Shown here piece after piece: positions 1-8,010 of a stretch of 64,000 nucleotides of DNA. The translations under genes were made by a program, and so were the position numbers. Position 1 is the stretch's first letter, and every line of letters starts with the position of its first letter. This DNA comes from a virus: positions 32,001-96,000 of IMG/VR virus record IMGVR_UViG_3300005841_000032; one strand, written 5' to 3'. The notes beneath the pieces were generated by a model. That model saw only the letters and a list, made by a program, of their open reading frames with translations. It was not told the DNA's origin and made no database searches.

Positions 1-158
1 ACTTATTTGGCTTGAATAATATTCTAACTCTTCTATTAGTTGTTTCTTAACACTTTTACGCAATTGCTTTTTAGCTTCTTTATAATCTTTAAATTGCAAA
101 GATTCATAATGCAGTTGGCAATTAAGAACACCATCTATATCTAAGAAGATTAAATTTT

Positions 159-1145
159 TCACAGTTTACTTGTTAAATAACTCATATTGAAATCCATCCA
201 ATCCTTTGAATTTTCAAGTAAACTTAATGCTTGTTCGCTATCAATTTCATTTGGATCGGCTTCATAAAGATAACTGATTCGTACATTAAAATGCAAGGCT
301 GCTTTACTCGCTACTTGTTTTACTTTATCTAAAACATCTGCTTCGAACCATAACCAAATATTCTTTACTTTCTTTTTTTTCAATAGTTCTATTTGTTCAA
401 TAGAAAGTTTCGCACCAAAGGTGGCTAAACATTTCATTTCTTCATTACCATCTAAACCTAAATTTGTATCTGTTTTGGTTTTACTGAATATTCCTTCCAC
501 CAAAATCACGTCTGTGATTTTACCGGGTATTACTTCATCTATTCCAAATAGCATCTTAGAAAAATCCGTACTTGAGTTCTGATAACGCAAATATATTTCT
601 TCTGTTCCGTTTTCTTTCTGCTTTTTGTTGTAATTATCTATCCATTCTTTACTTTTCTCCGATCTACCTACGTATCCAACCGTTTTACCGTCCATTTTTA
701 CAAGGAAAGTAACGTAGTCTTTTTTCAGTCTTGACCGACCAACCTCATATTTCTGAAAATCGCCATCAGTAAACCCTCTTTTTCTTAAATATTCGTCCTC
801 GAAAACTCTTTTCCAACCTATCGGAGGTTTTATTTCAGGCAGTTCTGTATTTAAAGGGCTAGAATCAATTTCTAGATTACTTGTGAGACGGCCAAATACA
901 TTTACCTCACTTCGATACCCCTCGGAAAAATCTTTTATCTTACCTAAATATTTCAATAAATAACGGACATCGGTACCCCGAAAGCCACATTTGCCCCGGA
1001 AACAGCCGAATTTGTGAGGAGGCTCTAAAGAAACCCCGAATTCCGACATGGAACATGAGGGGCATCTTCCATATACGTTTTTACCTCTGGAATCTAAGTA
1101 AGAATCCTGTATTAAATCAAGTAACTGTTTTTCAGACAGTTTCAT
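159..1145 (-). CDS. DNA primase (Zn-finger + TOPRIM, DnaG-like)
   Basis: N-terminal CPSC...CFRGKC Zn finger, YLRKRG, GYVGR, RYQN, LVEGIF TOPRIM motif; near the helicase. Confidence 0.8.
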   Translation of the reverse strand: MKLSEKQLLDLIQDSYLDSRGKNVYGRCPSCSMSEFGVSLEPPHKFGCFRGKCGFRGTDVRYLLKYLGKIKDFSEGYRSEVNVFGRLTSNLEIDSSPLNTELPEIKPPIGWKRVFEDEYLRKRGFTDGDFQKYEVGRSRLKKDYVTFLVKMDGKTVGYVGRSEKSKEWIDNYNKKQKENGTEEIYLRYQNSSTDFSKMLFGIDEVIPGKITDVILVEGIFSKTKTDTNLGLDGNEEMKCLATFGAKLSIEQIELLKKKKVKNIWLWFEADVLDKVKQVASKAALHFNVRISYLYEADPNEIDSEQALSLLENSKDWMDFNMSYLTSKL

Positions 1146-1404
1146 GAAATACTTTCCTGTACGTTTCGTTATCTATTTCATCAAAGTCAATGAATTTAAA
1201 GTCATTGCCGTCTTCATCGTAGTTTGTAAATACTACTTGCTTAATTCCTTCATCTGTTTTTGCAATATGGGTAAATCCAAATCCCTCACAAATAAGAGGC
1301 ATGTTTTCTCCCGGCTGCAATTGCGCATACATTTCATCTAAATCGAAGTCGCTAGACATTTCATTGGCATAGCGATCACAATACTGTTTAGAATACTCAT
1401 TCAT
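1132..1404 (-). CDS. hypothetical protein (likely start MNEYSK)
   Basis: ATG overlaps the stop of the upstream gene; no recognised motif. Confidence 0.6.
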   Translation of the reverse strand: MNEYSKQYCDRYANEMSSDFDLDEMYAQLQPGENMPLICEGFGFTHIAKTDEGIKQVVFTNYDEDGNDFKFIDFDEIDNETYRKVFHETV

Positions 1405-1645
1405 CGTTGCTGTGTTTATATTTATAAATGCCTCCGAATAATGCTCCAACAAAAGTTAATGCTACTTCGTCACACCCATCCATTTTCTTTTGAGAATTTA
1501 TATAGCATTGGTATTGCCAGTCTACACCCATAATAATTTCAACTCTATTCTCATTGCAAAATTGCTCGACTTCTTCAAATGAAATCTTAGACTTCCAAAA
1601 GTCAATTTCTTCTTTGTGATAATCGTGTGTAATATTATCGCTCAT
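1397..1645 (-). CDS. hypothetical protein
   Basis: 82-aa ORF in tightly packed minus-strand operon. Confidence 0.6.
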   Translation of the reverse strand: MSDNITHDYHKEEIDFWKSKISFEEVEQFCNENRVEIIMGVDWQYQCYINSQKKMDGCDEVALTFVGALFGGIYKYKHSNDE

Positions 1646-1824
1646 ATATCAATCGCTAATAATGAAAACAATTTCATCTGCTTCATTTTCTCCATCAGAA
1701 AATTTTATTTGCTGCACTTGTGCGTTTTCAACAAGTGTGCAAGTAAAATCATCGTTATGTTTTTCAATAAAGACGTCCATTGAATCGGAAACGTGTCTCA
1801 ATGCTTCTTTTAATTGTTTAACTG

Positions 1825-2025
1825 TCATATCTCAATTATTTTGTTTCTGAATCCCCAAGCAACTGCATGAGCAGAATTATTAACATTAATTTTTTTATAC
1901 AATCTGCATTTAAGAGTTTCAATAGAACTATAAGCATACCCAAGAACTTTTGATGATTGATTAGTATCATCCCCATTAGCCATTGATCGTAAAAGAGCTA
2001 TATCTTTATTGCTTATTTCTCTCAT
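1825..2025 (-). CDS. LuxR/GerE-type helix-turn-helix protein
   Basis: ISNKDIALLRSMANG...SIETLKCRLYKKINVNNSAHAVAWG matches the LuxR HTH pattern. Confidence 0.75.
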   Translation of the reverse strand: MREISNKDIALLRSMANGDDTNQSSKVLGYAYSSIETLKCRLYKKINVNNSAHAVAWGFRNKIIEI

Positions 2026-2246
2026 AATTCAGGCGCTTCAAGTGGTTGCCATGCAATAGGTTTTGAGTTACCGCGACCCCACCCACTATCGTCTTGTCCC
2101 CAATTATAATGCTTCCCGCCAGAATAACCATAGTCAACAACTGATTCAAGCCAACCAAATTCATATCTTTTATTACCCATATACATAAGAATCTTTTCGC
2201 CTATGTTAGGTAACTGGTCTTCTGGTTTTATCCAAAGGTTTTTCAT
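2022..2246 (-). CDS. small phage protein, DUF551-like
   Basis: WIKPEDQLP...IAWQPLEAP pattern. Confidence 0.6.
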   Translation of the reverse strand: MKNLWIKPEDQLPNIGEKILMYMGNKRYEFGWLESVVDYGYSGGKHYNWGQDDSGWGRGNSKPIAWQPLEAPEL

Positions 2247-4698
2247 CTGACTTTAATGGTTTATTCCTGATTATTTGTTTTTTCTCAACGTCCCAAAATT
2301 TCTTATTAGTTTCTGCTACATCTATAAATCTACCTTTAGCTACATCTTGCGCAATAGAGAATGTTGATTGCCAACTTTCAATCCTATAATGTCGCTTCTT
2401 TTCAATATGAAGTCTCATTACACTATTGTCATATTCATCCTCTGTTTGATTCAGAGTAAGCGCATAAGCAAATGGATCAAGTGTGGCTTTTAAATTTGAA
2501 ATATCATTTCTTGTTATTACCCAATTGGGATTATTCCAAAATTCTTTCTTTATATCGCTTGCCTGAGTTACCGCAGCTACTCCTATTTTAAATTCAGTAG
2601 CTATATTTATTATCTTTTCACTTGTTGCTTTTTTTCTTGTAGATGTTCCGTCCTGACCTGTGCTATATCTTTTACCGTCACCGGGGTCAAATCCCTCCAA
2701 AAGGTCAAATAGAACTAATCCTATCGGAGCTTCTTTTAACAAATCTATTAATATATTTCTACAATCCAAAATGGATGCGTTGTGAAATTGTTCAAATACA
2801 TGCACATAAATTTCACCTGCTTGCGCTAAATATGCTTGTTTGGCTTTTTCTATTTTTTTAATATCTGCTCCCGATAAATCACCTCTTCTAATATCATGTA
2901 CTTGCACCCCCGTCCACATTGCATCATATCCGTTTTCTATTTCTTCTTTAGTGCTATCGCCCGATGCAAGATGAAGGACTGGAATGCCTCTGAATGAAGC
3001 GTGAAAACCTAATGAGCGAAGCAAAGTTGTGTTATGAGTCACAATGCAATGGTCAGTTAAATAAAGACTCGTTGAATTATCCACTGCTATGCATTGCGTT
3101 TGCATTTTACCAACATATTCTATTTTATCTATAAATCTAGGCGTTAAATAGGATGTTTTAGGAACCACTCTTATTGCTTTTCTTTTTAAGAAGAATGGGT
3201 TAATTTCATTAGGTAAATTAATCATAACGTCATAAGCCAATCTCTTGGATATTCTTTTTTCACCCCTGTATGTATATTTTTTATATCCCCTGTTAACAAT
3301 GTGGCCGGTTCCACCTAATCCATTCACCAATTCTCTCACGTCTTCAGCTAATTTAAAGGAACTTGTATGAAATATTGAACAAGTTCCTTCTCCAGATAAA
3401 GAGCCATCAGTATCCATTAAGCCTCGTAATAAATTCACCCTATCATCTAATGATGAATATAAATAATTACATGGAATAAATTTATCGTATGAATGAATCT
3501 CTCTACCAAATAATTTCCTTAACCTACTTCCCAATTTGCAATAAGATAATCTATAGCTACATTTATCTATATGAATAGGCTTTATTTGCAGTTCATTTCC
3601 AACTCTTTCCAATATTTCTTTATCAATTGTGCTTATAGTTGGCGTTTCAAAAAAATGTCCATCTCCAATAAGCGCCCCCATAGTATATGGAGGTATTGGT
3701 AATTCTTTTTTATTAAAATTAATTGGTTTACAAATTGGCAGTTTATAATTCAAAACATTTTCGCGATCCCTGCACATGAAAATTCTTTCTTTTCCAATCA
3801 TTTCTTTCGTATTCAAGATAGTGTGTCTATCTGGGTCAATAAAGGTGGATGCATATCTCTTAGAGTCGGCTACTCTTTTTCTATCATTAGCTGTATACAC
3901 TTTCCATAAATGATTTTCATCACAATCTACGTATACCCCATCTGAAAAATGAATTCTGTATACATCTCTAATACCTTGAGGGAAAACACCAATAACTTTT
4001 ATCGTTTCACCTTTTTCAGATAAAACGCTATCTCCAACTTTTATTTCACCCATAGTGGTAAATCCATCAGGTGTATAAATTTTAGAATATAATGGTTGGG
4101 CTTTACCGCTTCCAGAACGAGCTACTACCAATAATCCTGTCCCGGCGTCAATCCCCCCGTGGGTTAAATGATCAAATGCTGGTAACCCCGTTGGTATCTT
4201 TGTTGTGCTGAAATCTCTATTCTGTCTTTCGTATTGCCGTTTATCGAATTGCTCATAAATTTTACTATACTGTTTTCGCTTTAATGAAAACTCATGCAAT
4301 TCTTTGTAACCATCTTTTGCTTCCACGTAGGCTTTATCGTACTCACCTCTCGCAAATAATTCCTCTGAACCTTTATGTAATTCAATAAACTTTGCGCGTC
4401 TTATATACTCTTCAAATGTTTCAAGTATGGTATCTTTCTTATCATATATATTGCATTCAGCAATCTTAGCAATAATACTAGTCGCGTCACGTGAATTAAC
4501 ATGTTGACTTATTAACCCAACTGTTGGCGTTTTATTATTTGCACTATGAAAATCAAAGATATATTTAAATATCTGTTTTTCAGGCTCGCTATTCAAATAC
4601 GAATATTGCAAATGAGCTTTAACAATCTCTAAAATGTTTTTAGAAACTATACAAGATTTTGCAAGTTCTATTATAAACTCACTATTTAACTGACTCAA
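2206..4698 (-). CDS. dnaB: replicative DnaB-like (SF4) helicase containing an intein
   Basis: IPTGLPAFD, Walker A ARSGSGK|T interrupted by an intein, LVLFDLLE Walker B, AVTQ motif. Confidence 0.85.
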   Translation of the reverse strand: MSQLNSEFIIELAKSCIVSKNILEIVKAHLQYSYLNSEPEKQIFKYIFDFHSANNKTPTVGLISQHVNSRDATSIIAKIAECNIYDKKDTILETFEEYIRRAKFIELHKGSEELFARGEYDKAYVEAKDGYKELHEFSLKRKQYSKIYEQFDKRQYERQNRDFSTTKIPTGLPAFDHLTHGGIDAGTGLLVVARSGSGKAQPLYSKIYTPDGFTTMGEIKVGDSVLSEKGETIKVIGVFPQGIRDVYRIHFSDGVYVDCDENHLWKVYTANDRKRVADSKRYASTFIDPDRHTILNTKEMIGKERIFMCRDRENVLNYKLPICKPINFNKKELPIPPYTMGALIGDGHFFETPTISTIDKEILERVGNELQIKPIHIDKCSYRLSYCKLGSRLRKLFGREIHSYDKFIPCNYLYSSLDDRVNLLRGLMDTDGSLSGEGTCSIFHTSSFKLAEDVRELVNGLGGTGHIVNRGYKKYTYRGEKRISKRLAYDVMINLPNEINPFFLKRKAIRVVPKTSYLTPRFIDKIEYVGKMQTQCIAVDNSTSLYLTDHCIVTHNTTLLRSLGFHASFRGIPVLHLASGDSTKEEIENGYDAMWTGVQVHDIRRGDLSGADIKKIEKAKQAYLAQAGEIYVHVFEQFHNASILDCRNILIDLLKEAPIGLVLFDLLEGFDPGDGKRYSTGQDGTSTRKKATSEKIINIATEFKIGVAAVTQASDIKKEFWNNPNWVITRNDISNLKATLDPFAYALTLNQTEDEYDNSVMRLHIEKKRHYRIESWQSTFSIAQDVAKGRFIDVAETNKKFWDVEKKQIIRNKPLKSDEKPLDKTRRPVT
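3031..4101 (-). mobile_element. class 3 intein (357 aa) with LAGLIDADG homing endonuclease
   Basis: Starts AQPLYSKI (Ala1), block B CDENHLW, block F TQCIAVD, ends VTHN|T; MGALIGDG and LLRGLMDTDG LAGLIDADG motifs. Confidence 0.9.
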
Positions 4699-5210
4699 AT
4701 CTTTTCCTGTTTTTTCTTGATAACCATTATTTGTTTTTTGATCAAATGATTAACGTGAATTGTTTTCGTTCTTTTCCAATCAAACCAAACTCTTTCGAAA
4801 TCTTCTTTAGGTAACTTCTTAATTTTTCCATCCCACGGATCAAGTAAGAAAATATAGTTATCATTAATTCCAGCAACTACCGATGAATGACCGTTAGGGG
4901 TTCCGTTTTCTGTTGCATCTCCCGTAAACCAATCTACTATTAATGGTATTTCTTGCGCAAGATAATATTTAATATCTTCAAAGGAGCTATTATTTTTTAT
5001 TTTACATGATAAGCCGTAAGACTCTACGGCTTTTTTCATGTTAGTGTCATTTGTTCCTCTTTCGTATGTATGTTTGCTTCTTTTTGCTATCTCTTCTTCA
5101 CTCGCTTTTATTCCATAATACGATAAAACTATCCTAATAGATGCAGGACCACAAAGAGAATCATCGCTTTGTTTATACTTTCTTAATTTTAGCAGTTTGG
5201 GCCTAGGCAT
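4695..5210 (-). CDS. C39-like (papain-fold) cysteine peptidase
   Basis: QSDDSLCGPAS catalytic Cys, GHSSVV His, LLDPW Asp. Confidence 0.8.
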   Translation of the reverse strand: MPRPKLLKLRKYKQSDDSLCGPASIRIVLSYYGIKASEEEIAKRSKHTYERGTNDTNMKKAVESYGLSCKIKNNSSFEDIKYYLAQEIPLIVDWFTGDATENGTPNGHSSVVAGINDNYIFLLDPWDGKIKKLPKEDFERVWFDWKRTKTIHVNHLIKKQIMVIKKKQEKI

Positions 5211-5212
5211 TA

Positions 5213-6043
5213 TTAAAAAAATCCTATTCTTCTTTTACCTTTATTTATTTGATCAAACTCAAACATTTTATCGATGCAAAAATGCTTAATTTCATCTATA
5301 GTTTTGCCCCTCAATTCAATTGCATAATTTTTTACATCTTGTTCTTTGAAAATATTTTTAAAGGTATTTGTTATTATCTCAAATATTTCCTGTTCAGAAT
5401 TTATTCCTCCTATTTCTATTGTGTATTTAAATCTACTTGGTCTTTTTTTAATTGCGTCTGGTATTAAATCTATATAGTTAGTGCTACCAAAAAATATACT
5501 ATTGTCAATAGATAGGTGTCCGTCTAAGATGGCTTTTAATAAAGCTTCCTTCGAAGCAAATACATCTATTTCATCCATTACTATAACAAAAGGATTAATG
5601 TGACTTTGACGTAATTGCACAACAAAATCCCAAATATCTTTTAAATGATGTTCGCTATATTCAATGTAAAATACCAAAGCATTACTGGTATCTATTAATT
5701 GCTTGCAATATCTTTTAATAATAGAAGATTTTCCCGTACCCTCTTGCCCATAAAACAAAACACCCAATTTATGAATTAATCCTAATTCAGAAACTTTTTT
5801 ATATTCGAAGTAGCCATTAATGACTTTATCTATAATCTCTTTATTGCGCCAATTAAACATCAATAAATTTTCTTTTAGTTCAATTTTATTTATTTGAACT
5901 CTATTGGCTGGATAATCAAGCCACTTTAACAAATAAGTTCCAGTCTCTAAAAATTCAATTGATTTAATCGTTTCAAAATTAGAATAATTAACCTCGCCAT
6001 TTTCTAAATAATGAAAGGATTTAAAATGACTTGATTTAAACAT
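5213..6043 (-). CDS. AAA+ ATPase
   Basis: GQEGTGKS Walker A, IVMDEID Walker B, STN sensor, RPSRF Arg finger, C-terminal IGFF. Confidence 0.85.
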   Translation of the reverse strand: MFKSSHFKSFHYLENGEVNYSNFETIKSIEFLETGTYLLKWLDYPANRVQINKIELKENLLMFNWRNKEIIDKVINGYFEYKKVSELGLIHKLGVLFYGQEGTGKSSIIKRYCKQLIDTSNALVFYIEYSEHHLKDIWDFVVQLRQSHINPFVIVMDEIDVFASKEALLKAILDGHLSIDNSIFFGSTNYIDLIPDAIKKRPSRFKYTIEIGGINSEQEIFEIITNTFKNIFKEQDVKNYAIELRGKTIDEIKHFCIDKMFEFDQINKGKRRIGFF

Positions 6044-6611
6044 AGCCTCTGTTTTTAAATATTCGTGGATAATGTATCTTCAATAATGATTTGCAATGGG
6101 TCTTGTTTATACATTTTAAACAAGTAAGACTTTTATGATTATAAAGGGTTGTAAATTGAAGGCAGTGAAAAAGTCTGGCTTCGTCTTCGAATCTTTTCTT
6201 CTCATTTTCTTCTGCAATATTTAATTCGCCATTTGATATGCCAGTTTCTAATATTTCTTTTTTAAGCTCATCAACATTTATTCCTATAGTAGCTAAAAAC
6301 TGACCGCTATAATAACTTTCTTCGTCTTTTTTTTCAAGCCATTTTTTGAATGTAGATTTTCCTATAATCCAAGATAAAGAAATATCACGTTTGGTCACTT
6401 GACCAAACCGTCTATTAAACGACCAAGCGAAATAATTAATTAAGAAATTAACAGAGATTGATTCTAATTGATAGTGACGTGCAAGTAGACCAATGAAATT
6501 ATCTATTAGCAGAGATTGTTTCTGTAAGTTTAAATCTAGTTTGAATTGTTTCTTGTAGAAACGAGAATAAAAATGGTTGTATAACCGCTCTGTCAGTAAA
6601 TGCAAATCCAT
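6036..6611 (-). CDS. hypothetical protein with C-terminal Cys cluster
   Basis: 191-aa ORF with C...CLKC...C; preceded by a TAnnTTTG element. Confidence 0.65.
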   Translation of the reverse strand: MDLHLLTERLYNHFYSRFYKKQFKLDLNLQKQSLLIDNFIGLLARHYQLESISVNFLINYFAWSFNRRFGQVTKRDISLSWIIGKSTFKKWLEKKDEESYYSGQFLATIGINVDELKKEILETGISNGELNIAEENEKKRFEDEARLFHCLQFTTLYNHKSLTCLKCINKTHCKSLLKIHYPRIFKNRGYV

Positions 6612-6616
6612 TAGGC

Positions 6617-6648
6617 CAAAAGTAACTAACGTTTTTCAAAAAGCCAAA
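6617..6648 (-). promoter_or_regulatory. Bacteroidota primary-sigma promoter (TTTG-N20-TACTTTTG) driving the replication operon
   Basis: Minus strand TTTG, 20-nt spacer, TACTTTTG, then 5 nt to the ATG at 6611. Confidence 0.6.
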
Positions 6649-6649
6649 A

Positions 6650-7234
6650 TTAATCGTAAGCAATATGTAGTTCTATATTTTCCTTAGTTGCCAAGCTCAA
6701 AGTATGGTCAATATATATACTTTGAAACTGTTCGTCGGATAAATTATCACATTCTGATACTTCGCTTCTAATTTCTCTGGAAATAACTAGAGCATAATAT
6801 TGACCAGCTGGAAGATCGGGCAAGAAAATAGCATTAACTTCAGTATCGGCCTCCACCAATGTAACCGAAAAAGGCTTCGATCCTATCGTTGGCAATTTTT
6901 CCTCTGTTACTAAATCTCCACATGAATCTGCAATAACGGGTAATCCAGCTATTTTAAATATGCAAAATTGTTGATCGATTACGTCCGATTCATCTGAAAA
7001 TATTTGGTCAAACCACGCACGCACATTTGTGCGATCGGCATTTGAATTATTGTATAAGGCAATGATCAAATAAGTGGGCTTTTTATTTTGTTTCCCAAAT
7101 TCACTTACGCTATCAAAAATGGCATTTAAATAATCGTTGGGAACTGGAGTGCTAGAAATATAGCCGCCAAGCGATTTATAAGCAAATTTTTGTTGCGCCT
7201 GAAATGTTGCTGCTCCTGTATAATATAAAATCAT
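6650..7234 (-). CDS. probable virion structural protein
   Basis: 194-aa beta-rich ORF (SLGGYISSTPVPN) at the end of the tail module. Confidence 0.5.
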   Translation of the reverse strand: MILYYTGAATFQAQQKFAYKSLGGYISSTPVPNDYLNAIFDSVSEFGKQNKKPTYLIIALYNNSNADRTNVRAWFDQIFSDESDVIDQQFCIFKIAGLPVIADSCGDLVTEEKLPTIGSKPFSVTLVEADTEVNAIFLPDLPAGQYYALVISREIRSEVSECDNLSDEQFQSIYIDHTLSLATKENIELHIAYD

Positions 7235-7335
7235 TGACTTATTTTCCCATTTTGGGAAGTTTAAAATATTTATTTAAAATGTCTTGCTTTCTAAACTTAA
7301 AGATACTAGTTTAGAGTCATCAAAACAAAACAGAT

Positions 7336-7512
7336 ATGAAAGCACAAAAAATCACTAACAAAATGCTACGTCAAGCGTGGCGCGATGAACATAGTAAATT
7401 AAGGACTTACAAAGCACACATCTCACGCGCACCGAGATATGGCGGTGGAACCATTCACCTAATTAGCGCAGGACCAATGAATAATATAACTTCAACTGAA
7501 CTTTATTCTTAA
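7336..7512 (+). CDS. 58-aa hypothetical protein (absent from the ORF track)
   Basis: Read by hand: MKAQKITNKMLRQAW...TELYS; A-rich leader; directly upstream of the 7519 ORF. Confidence 0.5.
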   Translation: MKAQKITNKMLRQAWRDEHSKLRTYKAHISRAPRYGGGTIHLISAGPMNNITSTELYS

Positions 7513-7518
7513 ACATTT

Positions 7519-8010
7519 ATGAAACGCATTATTTTGATCATCGGGGTAGCGGTTGCAATTGCTACATTATTTGTTAGATGCTCTTTAGTGGAAGAACCTG
7601 AATTCAAGGTTGATCCATTGCTACAGCCATATGTAGAAGAATTTTACAATGAAATGGAATCAAGAGATATTTACAAAACTAAAGTAAATCTCATTGTGAG
7701 ATTTGGTAATGAAAATCATACTTTTCATCAGGGGCGACAGGTAATTATAGAAATATTGAAATCACAATTCGATAGATATAACAATGACGTCGAACATTAT
7801 TTAAATTTTTCTATTGTAAGTCATGAAATGGGACACGCTCTGTTTAAATTAAAAGATGTGCAAGGCGATGAAATTTCACTAATGAATTATAGTTGGACGT
7901 ATACTTCATACATGAAGGTGCCATCAACTAGAAAATTGTTTTTGGATCAATTGATTTTAAAAACAAATATTACTCAAAATCAACTTTGGAATACTCTTAA
8001 TACTCATTAA
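7519..8010 (+). CDS. putative lipoprotein Zn-metallopeptidase (HExxH)
   Basis: Basic N-terminus and hydrophobic stretch ending FVRC; HEMGHA zinc motif; SLMNY Met-turn. Confidence 0.7.
   Translation: MKRIILIIGVAVAIATLFVRCSLVEEPEFKVDPLLQPYVEEFYNEMESRDIYKTKVNLIVRFGNENHTFHQGRQVIIEILKSQFDRYNNDVEHYLNFSIVSHEMGHALFKLKDVQGDEISLMNYSWTYTSYMKVPSTRKLFLDQLILKTNITQNQLWNTLNTH

Noticed and set aside
7336-7353. Shared MKAQKI N-terminus with the DGR target
   Set aside because: Six A-rich codons typical of translation starts; similarity does not extend.
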